Assembly (NCBI GenBank): GCA_001818695.1
Contig: MHJG01000025.1
Location: forward strand, 8,373-66,509
Direction: 5' to 3'
DNA from: Candidatus Harrisonbacteria bacterium RIFCSPHIGHO2_02_FULL_42_16
Lineage (GTDB): Bacteria; Patescibacteriota; Minisyncoccia; UBA6257; 02-FULL-45-10c
Length of the DNA: 58,137 nt
Shown here piece after piece: positions 18,910 through 28,400 of the stretch. Position numbers and translations under genes: made by a program. The notes under the pieces are model-generated. The model saw only the letters and a list, made by a program, of their open reading frames with translations. It was not told where the DNA came from and searched no databases. Numbering within the stretch: position 1 is the stretch's first letter; every line of letters starts with the position of its first letter.

Positions 18910-18975
18910 TTTTATTAAATGGTGAATGAGACATGGAGCATGAATATTTTAACATGTCGCTTGTCGCTTTTACCA

Positions 18976-20727
18976 TTACACTTCTATTAATACCGGCAAA
19001 ATCATCGGCCGGCGTTTAGTTTTATTATACAGCAGTTGCCCTATTTGGTCGCGCACCAATGTCTTCACATAATCCGGGTCAGGATGCTGATGTCTCGGAA
19101 TCCGGGAAAGCAATGACTTAAGTTTTATCCTAACGTCATTTATTAATTCCTTATTTTCTTTAAGATAAATAAAACCGCGGGAAATAATATCCGGAGTTTT
19201 AAGAAGCTGGCCGTTTTCCCTGTCAATGGTGGCAATCACCACCACCATTCCCTCTTCAGACAAGTGGAGACGGTCACGAAGCACCACCTCTTCCACATCG
19301 CCGATGCCAAGCCCGTCCACCATTACATAATTGGTAGGAACCTGTTCTTTAGTGACAGTAAACGAGTCCTCGCGCAGTTCAACGACTTGGCCGTTATCCA
19401 AAATAACGGCATTTTCTTTCGGGATGCCGACGCTTTGGGCGATTTTTACGCAGGCCTTAAGTTTAAAATAGTAAGCATGCACCGGCACCAAAAATTTCGG
19501 CTTTACCCAGCGGATTACTTTTTCAACATCATCATGAAAAGCGTGGCCGCTGGAATGAATGTCCAGCAATTTGGAATTGTACACCTCGTCCACTTGCCGG
19601 GAAATATTATCCTGGAGAAGCTGGACGCTCCGTTCGTTGCCGGGCACTACCGATGACGAAAAAATTACTTCATCACTTTTTTTGAATTGAATATGCTTAT
19701 GCTCGCCGTTAGCCATGCGGGTAAGCCCGGCATTCGGTTCGCCTTGTCCACCAGTGGAAAGAATAAGAATTTTTTCATCCGGATATTGATGGACTTCTTC
19801 AATGGCAATAAAAGTGTCTTTTTTGACCTTAATGAAGCCAAGCGACTGGGCGATGGAGATATTGGTCTTCATACTGCGCCCGTTTAGAGCAATCTTTTTG
19901 CCAAGTTTTTCCGCGATTTCAATAATTTCCCCAAGCCGGGTAAGTAAAGAAGCAAAAGTGGTGATAATCAGCCGCCCCTTCGCGTTTTTCATAAGTTTCT
20001 CCAATTCCTCAACTACAATTTCTTCCGACAGCGAATGGCCGGGAAGGTCGGCATTAGTGCTGTCAATGAAAGCGGTATGGATATTCATAGAGCCGAGCCG
20101 TTCAAAGACATCAGTATTAACAGTTTTTTCCGAACGATCGTATTCAACGCGGAAGTCCCCGAAATGAACCATTTTTCCAACCGGGGTTTCCAAAATAAAT
20201 CCCACCGCGTCCGGAATTGTATGGTCAACATAAAAGAATTCCGCGGTAAAATTCTCCGATAAGACCAATCTATTCCCGCCCTTAACTATTTGAAATTTCG
20301 GCTTAGGAAGATTAGGAAATTCCTGAAACCGCTTTTCAATAAGCATTTTGGTGATTTCCACGCAATAAATAATCGGATTTCCCAATTTTTCTATCAAGTA
20401 AGGAAGAGCGTGAATATGGTCGTAATGCCCGTGAGTCAAAATAATTCCCTTGATATTCTTCCTCTTCGGCTCTAAACAAGTAATGTTCGGAATAATGTAA
20501 TCAATTCCCGGAGTTTTTTCTTCCGGAAATTGGATGCCGACATCAACCATTATAATTTCGTTTCCATACTCAAAAAAAGAACAGTTGCGCCCAATTTCTT
20601 CCAAGCCGCCCAAAGCGGAAAAACGCACTACCTTGCCGTCCTTGCTGCTTTCGGCTGTTTTTATCCGCAAAGGCGGCGGAGACACCCGCGCCCGCTTACT
20701 TGCCGATTTTTTAATAGTTTTAATCAT
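18976..20727 (-). CDS. rnj: Ribonuclease J
   Basis: Metallo-beta-lactamase motif HGHYDHIHALP, a beta-CASP region and the RNase J C-terminal domain; 583 aa. Confidence 0.9.
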   Translation of the reverse strand: MIKTIKKSASKRARVSPPPLRIKTAESSKDGKVVRFSALGGLEEIGRNCSFFEYGNEIIMVDVGIQFPEEKTPGIDYIIPNITCLEPKRKNIKGIILTHGHYDHIHALPYLIEKLGNPIIYCVEITKMLIEKRFQEFPNLPKPKFQIVKGGNRLVLSENFTAEFFYVDHTIPDAVGFILETPVGKMVHFGDFRVEYDRSEKTVNTDVFERLGSMNIHTAFIDSTNADLPGHSLSEEIVVEELEKLMKNAKGRLIITTFASLLTRLGEIIEIAEKLGKKIALNGRSMKTNISIAQSLGFIKVKKDTFIAIEEVHQYPDEKILILSTGGQGEPNAGLTRMANGEHKHIQFKKSDEVIFSSSVVPGNERSVQLLQDNISRQVDEVYNSKLLDIHSSGHAFHDDVEKVIRWVKPKFLVPVHAYYFKLKACVKIAQSVGIPKENAVILDNGQVVELREDSFTVTKEQVPTNYVMVDGLGIGDVEEVVLRDRLHLSEEGMVVVIATIDRENGQLLKTPDIISRGFIYLKENKELINDVRIKLKSLLSRIPRHQHPDPDYVKTLVRDQIGQLLYNKTKRRPMILPVLIEV

Positions 20728-20765
20728 AAATTTATTTAATGTAATTTTTGTTAATTGTGATTAAG

Positions 20766-20849
20766 TGCCGGGGGTGGGATTCGAACCCACATGGTCTTGC
20801 GACCGCTGACTCCTGAAGCCAGTGCGTCTGCCAGTTCCGCCACCTCGGC
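20766..20849 (-). tRNA. tRNA-Leu (anticodon CAG), no encoded CCA
   Basis: The complement reads GCCGAGGTGGCGGAACTGGCAGAC...CTGGC-TTCAGGA-GTCAG...long variable arm...GGGTTCGAATCCCAC-CCCCGGC-A. There is one A/C mismatch in the acceptor stem. Confidence 0.85.
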
Positions 20850-20851
20850 AT

Positions 20852-22510
20852 TTACTTGAACACTCTCTTTGTGTCTAAATACCATTTCTCCACGCCGCTA
20901 AAACGGCGCGCCGGAGTGTTGATTGTTTCTTTTTCAAGCCCACCGAAATTTTTCGGAGCGGCATATAAATACTTTGGAGAATACAAAAAGAGCGCCGGGC
21001 TGTCTTCGGCTATAATTCTCTGCAATTGCGCCAATTCCGTTTTTCTGGACTCCGCGTCCGTATTTCTGCGGATTGACTCTAACAAAGAATCGACCTTTTT
21101 ATTTTCATAAAGCGCCAAATTAAAACCGGGATAAAACCGTTCCGACGAATGCCAAAAAGAGAAAATATCCGGATTGCTGTTTAGGATATTGCCGAAAATC
21201 AGCATTTGGTAATTTCTGGTTTTTATCACTTCATTGACAACGTCGGCTGGGTCAAGAATAATCGGAGTCAGCTTCACTCCTATCTGCCCCCAGTCCTCTT
21301 TTAAAATATCCACGGTCTTTATTAAAAACGGTATATTTGGAACTACGATGGAAAAATCCAATACTTCCTTTTGTTTGCCGATATTTTTCTCCCTAAATTT
21401 AGTTTCTTCATTAACAACCCATTTATCTTTACTTAAAACCTCTGACGCCATACTGACAGAAAATTTTAAGGACGAAGAAGTAATTTCCTCGCTGTATTCT
21501 TCCATCAGCGGAAGAATGGGCGAATTTACCGGAAACGCTTTTCCCCTCAGGGCTTCCCGGACTAATTTTTGCTTGTCAGTCGCCAAATTAAGGGCGGCTA
21601 AAACGCTTTTAAATCCTAAGCTCGGCTTAGCGCTTTTATTGATAAAAACCGCGTAATACTGGGGAACGCTCTTCTCCAAAACTTGGTGGCTTAGAGTTAA
21701 CTTGCCGGCATCATCGGGATTTAAGCCGCCGAAACCGTCTATCCGCTTCGCGTTAAAAGCGCGGATAAGGCCTTCGCTATTTTCATAAAACTTCACCTGG
21801 AAATTTTTGATAAACGGCTGCTGGCCGGAAAAATTTTCATTGGCTTCCAAATAATAATCCGTTATAAATCCGTCTTTTCTCTTTTTGAAAGACGCGAATC
21901 TATACGGCCCGCTTCCTATCGGCTCTAAATTAAAATCGGAAAGATAAAGATTGGCGGCCGGAAGGGCGCCGAAAATGTGCCGAGGAATTACTTTAAATTC
22001 TTTAAGATTATCCAAGAAAAAAACATACGGAGTTCTCAGGGTAAACTCTATTTCCAATTCGCTGATTCGGTTGGCGATTACTCCCTGCCAGGTTAAAAAC
22101 AGCGGAGAACGGCTTTCGGTATTTTGAATGGCGTCTATGGTAAAAATAACATCGTCGCTGGTAAGCGGCTTGCCGTCACTCCATTTAAGGTCGGTCTTCA
22201 AAACTACATTCCAAGTTTTTCCGTCATCACTGACTTTATGATTTTCGGATAATTCCAATAAATTTCCGAATAGCAATTCAACCAAATCGCGGTCCGCATC
22301 CGCACTGGCTATAATCGGATTCACCTTGATTGGCTGGCCAACAATTCCCTCGCGGTACAAACTGCTTTTCACCGGAACTTCAACGGTTTTCACGTTAAAA
22401 GCCGAAAGAGCGAGCAAAAATCCGGATACAGCAAACATAAACAGAGCCACCAGAAAAATCCGGCGTTCCTTTTCGGTAAAATTAAAATAAATTTGATATA
22501 AAATATTCAT
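20852..22510 (-). CDS. Family-5 extracellular solute-binding protein (peptide/nickel ABC-type SBP), membrane anchored
   Basis: SBP_bac_5-like sequence throughout. I start it at the ATG 22510 (MNILYQIYF...), because the track extension overlaps secG. Confidence 0.7.
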   Translation of the reverse strand: MNILYQIYFNFTEKERRIFLVALFMFAVSGFLLALSAFNVKTVEVPVKSSLYREGIVGQPIKVNPIIASADADRDLVELLFGNLLELSENHKVSDDGKTWNVVLKTDLKWSDGKPLTSDDVIFTIDAIQNTESRSPLFLTWQGVIANRISELEIEFTLRTPYVFFLDNLKEFKVIPRHIFGALPAANLYLSDFNLEPIGSGPYRFASFKKRKDGFITDYYLEANENFSGQQPFIKNFQVKFYENSEGLIRAFNAKRIDGFGGLNPDDAGKLTLSHQVLEKSVPQYYAVFINKSAKPSLGFKSVLAALNLATDKQKLVREALRGKAFPVNSPILPLMEEYSEEITSSSLKFSVSMASEVLSKDKWVVNEETKFREKNIGKQKEVLDFSIVVPNIPFLIKTVDILKEDWGQIGVKLTPIILDPADVVNEVIKTRNYQMLIFGNILNSNPDIFSFWHSSERFYPGFNLALYENKKVDSLLESIRRNTDAESRKTELAQLQRIIAEDSPALFLYSPKYLYAAPKNFGGLEKETINTPARRFSGVEKWYLDTKRVFK

Positions 22511-22592
22511 CAGTATGCTCCTGGTCTCCTGCCAAACAGCAATTATGCTAAATGCCAAAATTAAAGCGAAAAATAATGTTGCTAAATATATA

Positions 22593-22805
22593 TTAAAGAA
22601 GCAGGTCTGCGAGCGCGAGTAAGGCAAAAACAACGGCAGACGCGATAGTTGCCCAAAAAACGAATTTTTCCAGTCCTCGGCGGGTCTGATAAAAACTGCC
22701 TTCACCCCCACCCCCAAGAATTCCGGACAAACCCGAAGTCCGCTCCTGCAATAAAATCAGCGCTATTAATATGATTGAAACAACTATTTGGGCAATGGCT
22801 AACAT
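22593..22805 (-). CDS. secG: Preprotein translocase subunit SecG
   Basis: 70 aa with two TM helices and the LLQERTSGLSGILGGGG loop typical of SecG. Confidence 0.8.
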   Translation of the reverse strand: MLAIAQIVVSIILIALILLQERTSGLSGILGGGGEGSFYQTRRGLEKFVFWATIASAVVFALLALADLLL

Positions 22806-22809
22806 AAAA

Positions 22810-23181
22810 TTAAATTCTTTGTTTATACAATGATCGCGCTGAAAAACTCAATACTATATTAACAAAAGTAATAAGAAGCGTTGCATATATTAAGGGTTCT
22901 GTTCCTGTAATTGTAACATTTACAATGAGGATGTCAAGCAGATAAAGCATTCCGGCGTTTATCACCAGAGTAAACAGACCGAGCGTAAGAAAAATTATCG
23001 GAGACAAAATCATCTTTACTAACGGTCGTAGGTATAAATTAATCAGGGTAAAAACACCGGCGACAATCAGCAAATTAATGAAATTATCGGAAATTTCAAA
23101 TCCGACGATAAAATTGCCCGCCAAGATAATCGCCACCAAATTGGAAAAAAAGGAAAACACAATTCTTGATAAAAACCTCAT
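22810..23181 (-). CDS. Four-TM membrane protein of the phage-holin-4_2/DUF360 family
   Basis: LRPLVKMILSPIIFLTLGLFTLVINAGMLYLL matches the family core. The start is placed at the ATG 23181. Confidence 0.7.
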   Translation of the reverse strand: MRFLSRIVFSFFSNLVAIILAGNFIVGFEISDNFINLLIVAGVFTLINLYLRPLVKMILSPIIFLTLGLFTLVINAGMLYLLDILIVNVTITGTEPLIYATLLITFVNIVLSFSARSLYKQRI

Positions 23182-23275
23182 ATTTTTAATTATAACATAA
23201 AAAGCCAGCTGGACTTTTTTAATAATATTTGATAACATAGTTCCAGTTCCCAAAAAGTAAAACTTTGGAGGAATA

Positions 23276-23944
23276 ATGCCAAGAAAGGGGCGGTGCGATT
23301 GCGGGAGCGAATGTTTTCCTTATTTCGGCATAAACAAAGAAATTATAAGAGCCGAGCTTAAAAAACAATACGGAGAAAATGCGCCTTATAAGCCGGGAAT
23401 GTATGAACTTTATGAACACTTAGCGATAGAAAACAGAGTTAATAAACTTTTTAGTGACGCCGGTATAAATCCCTTTCCGTCAGTTGATGCCGAAACCGCG
23501 CTGAAGATACTTGATTGTCCGCTGGAAAAACTCCAGCGGACAATAAACGCTAAAAAACTTAGTGCGAGAATAACTTCCAGCGGCCAGATATTTATCAGAA
23601 TTAATGATCTCTGGCATTATGCCGTTAAAAAAGAAAGAAACCGTTTGCTAAAAATAAAGCCCGACCCGTATCCATATAATAAAAGCTGGGTTAAGGCCGA
23701 AAATACAATCGCGGCTAAATTCACAAAAACGCGAGTGGCGGTTTTTCAAGAAGTTACCGCGTATCGCGCCGCGCAAATTATCGGTTGCCACACCAGCACG
23801 ATTACCCGAGCGGGACGTACTTGGAGAATTCGGTCGCGGAGAGTCGAAAATGAACATCGTATTCCGATTATAGAACTCTGGCATTATGCTAAAAATCTTG
23901 AAGTTCGCCGGTTAAAAAAACTCTCTAACAAAAACCGCCTTTAA
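23276..23944 (+). CDS. Protein with an N-terminal Cys cluster and two tandem excisionase/MerR-like HTH repeats
   Basis: Internal duplication: ...ALKILDCPLEKLQRTINAKKLSARITSSGQIFIRINDLWHYA... and ...AAQIIGCHTSTITRAGRTWRIRSRRVENEHRIPIIELWHYA... Confidence 0.6.
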   Translation: MPRKGRCDCGSECFPYFGINKEIIRAELKKQYGENAPYKPGMYELYEHLAIENRVNKLFSDAGINPFPSVDAETALKILDCPLEKLQRTINAKKLSARITSSGQIFIRINDLWHYAVKKERNRLLKIKPDPYPYNKSWVKAENTIAAKFTKTRVAVFQEVTAYRAAQIIGCHTSTITRAGRTWRIRSRRVENEHRIPIIELWHYAKNLEVRRLKKLSNKNRL

Positions 23945-23957
23945 TCAGGCGGATTTT

Positions 23958-25517
23958 TTATTTCAGCTTTTTCAATAAACTCTCCCCCGTCATTTCCGGC
24001 GGTTTGAGAATTCCCATTATTTCCAAAATAGTCGGCGCCACATCGGCTTGAGTGCCGGCAATTTCTTTTTCTGCCCTATCAATTTCCTCCGGCGGCTTTT
24101 TCTTTTCTAATCCCTTGCCCGCGATATAAATAGGCACCGCTGAAATGTCGTGCGTGGTGGTTGTTTCTCCTGTTTCCGAATTTCTCATGGATTCAATGTT
24201 GCCGTGGTCCGAAGTTATGATTAAAACCGCGCCTTTGCTAAGAGCTATTTTTGTTAGTTTGCCCATCTCTTCGTCAATCGCCTTAACCGCTCTTTTTGCC
24301 GCTTCAAAATCGCCGGTATGGGCAACCATATCGCCATTGGGATAATTCACCAAAATAAAATCAAAAGAACGGTCTTCTATCGCCTGCGCCGCCCTCGCGG
24401 TAAGCTCCCGCGCGTGCATCTCCGGATTTTCCGCGTAACTCAAAACGCTCGGCGACGGAATCAAAACCCGAAATTCATTCTTAAACGGCTCCTGCCGGAA
24501 ACCGTTGAAATAATAAGTAATATGGGCGTATTTTTCCGTCTCGCCGATGCGAATCTGAATTTTCCCGTTATCGGCCAGCGCTTCGCCTAAAGAATTATTG
24601 AATTTTTCCGGCGGAAAAGCGGCCGGAACTTCAATAAACTCTTCCGAATACTGCGTCATCGCGCCGACATACAGATTACCGAATTTTTTAACCGGAAAAG
24701 CGGCAAAGTTATCCAGAACAAACGGCGCAACGAGCTGGCGCATACTGTCCTCTCGGAAATTAAAAAATAAAATGGCGTCATTGCTTTTAACCGTCCGGTC
24801 CTGGTTGATGACGCTCGGCTCAATATAAAAATCATCCGAGCCGTTCTGGTACTGCGCCTGAATGATATCTTCCAATTTTCCGGATGGCGCGGCTTCCGAA
24901 CCGCCGATTGCTTCATAAACCTTTTGAACGCGATCCCAGTGCTGTTCTCTGTCCATCGCGAAATATCTTCCGGCAATACTCCCGATTTTCACCGAATCAT
25001 CTCCGCCGATTTCATAAATCAAACTGCCGAAAAGCCGGAGAGCCGATTGCGAAGCGCTGTCTTTGCCGTCAGTAAAAAGATGCAGGTTTATTTTTTGGAC
25101 GCCATTTTGTTTTGCTAATTTTATCAATTCAATCAAGTGCCGGATAGAAGCGTGGATGTTGCCTTCGGTAAGCAAACCGGCGAGATTCAGGGCGCTGTTG
25201 TACTCTTTTACATGCTCAAAAGCGTTAAGAAACACCCGATTCTTCGCGAAACTGCCGTCCCGGATTGAAAGCATAATGCGCGGATAGTGCTGATAAATAA
25301 TCCTTCCGGCGGCAATGGTCTGATGCCCTTCGCTATTGCCTTCAATTCCGGACGGCAGTCCGATAGAAATGCCGGATGTCTGCAAAGCGCCTATTAAAAA
25401 ATTACCCTTTAAATAATCAATATTGGGCGTGCCCTGGACGAAAATAGGATTGGAATCATTTTTCAAGCCAATCCCCCATCCGTCTAAAATTGCCAAAACT
25501 ACTTGACTTTTAGCCAT
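23958..25517 (-). CDS. gpmI: 2,3-bisphosphoglycerate-independent phosphoglycerate mutase
   Basis: N-terminal ILDGWG, iPGM/metalloenzyme domains, C-terminal SDHGN; 519 aa. Confidence 0.9.
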   Translation of the reverse strand: MAKSQVVLAILDGWGIGLKNDSNPIFVQGTPNIDYLKGNFLIGALQTSGISIGLPSGIEGNSEGHQTIAAGRIIYQHYPRIMLSIRDGSFAKNRVFLNAFEHVKEYNSALNLAGLLTEGNIHASIRHLIELIKLAKQNGVQKINLHLFTDGKDSASQSALRLFGSLIYEIGGDDSVKIGSIAGRYFAMDREQHWDRVQKVYEAIGGSEAAPSGKLEDIIQAQYQNGSDDFYIEPSVINQDRTVKSNDAILFFNFREDSMRQLVAPFVLDNFAAFPVKKFGNLYVGAMTQYSEEFIEVPAAFPPEKFNNSLGEALADNGKIQIRIGETEKYAHITYYFNGFRQEPFKNEFRVLIPSPSVLSYAENPEMHARELTARAAQAIEDRSFDFILVNYPNGDMVAHTGDFEAAKRAVKAIDEEMGKLTKIALSKGAVLIITSDHGNIESMRNSETGETTTTHDISAVPIYIAGKGLEKKKPPEEIDRAEKEIAGTQADVAPTILEIMGILKPPEMTGESLLKKLK

Positions 25518-25617
25518 GTTATAAATTATAATATATAATATAATTAAGTGATAATAATTAAATAAATTTGTAAGTTCGCGTCAGTCACCATGAAAGGTTT
25601 AGCGAACAATAAAATAT

Positions 25618-27147
25618 ATGAATTTAACAAGCCCACTTTTACTGGCTGGTTTGGGATTAGCATTAGGAATAGCGGCGGGATACTTTATCCGGCAATACTT
25701 TGCCCAAAAACAAGCTGATTCGGCGGAAAATAAAATTAAGTCCTGGATAGACGAAGCGAAAACGCGCGCCAAAGAAACCGTTTTGGAAGCGAAAGACCGC
25801 GCCGCCAATCTTTTAGAAGAAGTCAAAAGCGAAGAAAAATCCCGCCAGCTTCACCTGGATAAGCTGGAAGAACGGATTCTTAAAAAAGAAGAGACGCTGG
25901 AAAAACAGTTTTCCGATATTGCTTCGCAAAAAAAATCTTTTGAAGAAAAGGAAAAAGAAATAGAATCGGAAAGATTGGCAATCAACGAACTAAAATCAAA
26001 AATCCACCAAGAATTAGAAAAGGTGGCGAACTTGTCGCTAAAAGAAGCCAAAGAACAAATTTTAAATAAGGCGAAAGAAGAGCACAAAGGCGAACTGGCC
26101 TTAGCTTTTAATAAATTGGAAAAAGAAGGGCAGGAAGAAATTGAAAAACGCAGTTTGAATATTATCACTACTGCCATCCAAAGATACGCCCGTTCTCACA
26201 TCACTGAACTGACCACCAGCGTTTTTCAATTGCCGGATGAAGACCTAAAAGGAAAAATTATCGGGCGGGAAGGCCGGAATATTCGAACTTTGGAACGGCT
26301 GACCGGCGTGGAAATTATAGTTGATGAAACGCCGGATACCATCGTATTTTCTTCCTATGACCCCCTGCGCCGGGAAATCGCGCGGTTGGCGCTGGAAAAA
26401 CTGATTAAAGACGGGCGAATTCAACCGGCAAAAATTGAAGAGAAAGTGGAAGAAGCGCAACAGGAATTGAACAAGCGCATGCAGGAAATCGGAGAAAACG
26501 CGGTTTTAGAAGTGGGCGTGGTGGGACTGCCAAAAGAAATAATAATGCTTTTAGGCCGGCTGTATTTCCGAACCAGTTTCGGCCAGAATGTTTTAACCCA
26601 TTCTGTGGAAATGGCGCACATTTCTGCCATGCTGGCATCGGAACTCGGCGCCAACCCGGAAATCGCCAAAAAGGGTGCGCTTCTGCATGATATCGGCAAA
26701 GCCATTGACCACGAAGTACAAGGCACGCATGTGGAAATCGGCCGGAAACTTCTGCAAAAATACGGCATTAGTGAAGAAGTGATTCAGGCGATGCAATCGC
26801 ACCATGAAGAATATCCTTATTCTACGCCGGAATCCTATATAGTAACGGCCGCCGATGTGCTTTCCGCGGCCCGGCCGGGCGCGCGACGCGGCACAGTGGA
26901 AAACTATATTAAACGGCTTACTGACTTGGAAAAAATCGCTACAGGTTTTGCCGGAGTAAAAAACGCTTACGCGCTTTCCGCCGGACGGGAAATCCGGGTC
27001 TTTGTCGTGCCGGAAAAAATTGACGATTTCGGCGCGCTCCAGCTTGCTAAAGATATCGCTCACAAAATCCAGACCGATATGCAATATCCGGGCGAAATAA
27101 AAGTGAATGTAATCAGAGAAATGCGCGCCGTGGAAGTGGCTCGGTAG
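25618..27147 (+). CDS. rny: Ribonuclease Y
   Basis: N-terminal TM, coiled coil, KH motif (GREGRNIRTLE) and HD motif (LLHDIGKA). Confidence 0.95.
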   Translation: MNLTSPLLLAGLGLALGIAAGYFIRQYFAQKQADSAENKIKSWIDEAKTRAKETVLEAKDRAANLLEEVKSEEKSRQLHLDKLEERILKKEETLEKQFSDIASQKKSFEEKEKEIESERLAINELKSKIHQELEKVANLSLKEAKEQILNKAKEEHKGELALAFNKLEKEGQEEIEKRSLNIITTAIQRYARSHITELTTSVFQLPDEDLKGKIIGREGRNIRTLERLTGVEIIVDETPDTIVFSSYDPLRREIARLALEKLIKDGRIQPAKIEEKVEEAQQELNKRMQEIGENAVLEVGVVGLPKEIIMLLGRLYFRTSFGQNVLTHSVEMAHISAMLASELGANPEIAKKGALLHDIGKAIDHEVQGTHVEIGRKLLQKYGISEEVIQAMQSHHEEYPYSTPESYIVTAADVLSAARPGARRGTVENYIKRLTDLEKIATGFAGVKNAYALSAGREIRVFVVPEKIDDFGALQLAKDIAHKIQTDMQYPGEIKVNVIREMRAVEVAR

Positions 27148-27420
27148 TTTTGGATTACAAAATTTCGTTTCCCCTCAACCCGTTTCACTCATCCAGCGAC
27201 TCGTTCACTTGTGCTCGCCGCGTTGCCCCGCATAGCGGGAACCCTGCCAACGCGACTGCGCGGGTTTCGGATAAAACAAAATTCTATAACCCCAAAATTC
27301 AACGTCGTTTAATTGTTAAATTAAAGTACTCAACCTACAACCAAGAATTTAAATTTGACACTAATTTTTTTATAGTATAAGCTATTTATTAATCACCAAA
27401 GTTCTTTAAAAAGAGGTAAA

Positions 27421-27705
27421 ATGAAAGATTGGTTATCCCCTAAAACGCCGGAAGAAGCAGAAAAATATCATCGCTGGCTTGAGGTGAATGATCCAGAGCT
27501 TTATAAAGCGATACAAAGACACAAAAAAAGTAAGTGTGGAAGATTCTTGGGGGGGCATTTAAATACAAATGATTATTTAAGTTTAAATAATGAGTCAACA
27601 CTTCCATTCATTGCAGTAATCCATTTAGCTTTTTGCAGGCATTGCCAATTTTCTGTACGACGACTGTTCAGAAATCAAAGATGGGGTAGAAATAAAGGAC
27701 TGTAA
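27421..27705 (+). CDS. Hypothetical protein (94 aa)
   Basis: The ATG is preceded by AAGAGG and a terminator follows at 27738. The C-terminal half looks low-quality, so the call is uncertain. Confidence 0.4.
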   Translation: MKDWLSPKTPEEAEKYHRWLEVNDPELYKAIQRHKKSKCGRFLGGHLNTNDYLSLNNESTLPFIAVIHLAFCRHCQFSVRRLFRNQRWGRNKGL

Positions 27706-27737
27706 TATATAAGCGGATTAGATAATTAAATTTTTTT

Positions 27738-27766
27738 ATCGCCTGGTTTGCCAGGCGATTTTTTTA
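27738..27766 (+). terminator. Rho-independent terminator
   Basis: atcgcctgg-tttg-ccaggcgat followed by TTTTTTT. Confidence 0.85.
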
Positions 27767-28122
27767 TTCCTTATCTTCTCTAATTATATCGAATAGTTGA
27801 ATGGTTAAAATAAACTCTGCTACCGTCCATAATTAATTTGGTTCTAATATTAGAACCAAGCATGGATTGACCAATAAATGACCTAGACAATAAACCGCAA
27901 AATTGAATTTTATTTTTCAAAGCCACCAAATCGTACTCGGTGGTTTTTTATTTGTCCGGTATTTTGATATAATAAATTTAACCGGTCGAAAAATAATAAC
28001 TGTCCAAACCCACAAATAACATCTGAATCTACAAACAGTATGCGAATGGCTTACAAATAGCCACATTCAAACTAATTTTGTAGATTTGGATAATAATTTG
28101 TAGGTTAGAATCGGCTAATCAC

Positions 28123-28398
28123 ATGACCAAAGAGTCCTTAATTCAAACTGTATTAAAACAAGCGAAATTAGAGTCAAAAAATCAGGCGAAAGCGGCAGTG
28201 GAAGCGGTATTTGGCGCGATTACCAAATCGCTAGCGCGCGGCGAAGAAGTAACCGTTACCGGATTTGGCACTTTCCGCGCCGCTAAAACCGCGGCACGCT
28301 CCGGAGTCAATCCTAAAACCGGCGAACGCATTCAAATTCCAGCTGGGATAAAACCAAAGTTTAAAGCCGGAAAAGCCCTAAAAGAAGCAGTAAAATAG
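28123..28398 (+). CDS. hup: HU-family DNA-binding protein
   Basis: 91 aa; GFGTFRAAKTAARSGVNPKTGERIQIPA arm signature. Confidence 0.93.
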   Translation: MTKESLIQTVLKQAKLESKNQAKAAVEAVFGAITKSLARGEEVTVTGFGTFRAAKTAARSGVNPKTGERIQIPAGIKPKFKAGKALKEAVK

Positions 28399-28400
28399 AA

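Noticed and set aside
18955-18972. An 18-nt exact match (tgtcgcttgtcgctttta) between the trpS leader and the polX coding region (32975..32992).
   Set aside because: It is a low-complexity tandem gtcgctt unit. One copy is coding and the other is not, with no flanking similarity, so it is probably slippage-type coincidence.
18910-18975. A possible T-box leader for trpS.
   Set aside because: The spacer is only 66 nt, which is too short for a T-box riboswitch. I found no specifier loop or T-box sequence.
22511-22717. An N-terminal 69-codon extension of the solute-binding-protein ORF, overlapping secG.
   Set aside because: The extension overlaps the conserved secG frame. The internal ATG at 22510 begins a normal membrane-anchor sequence.
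27150-27380. A 76-aa plus-strand ORF after rny.
   Set aside because: It has a non-ATG start, no SD and an implausible product. It spans the GC-rich nested-helix region, which is better explained as RNA structure.
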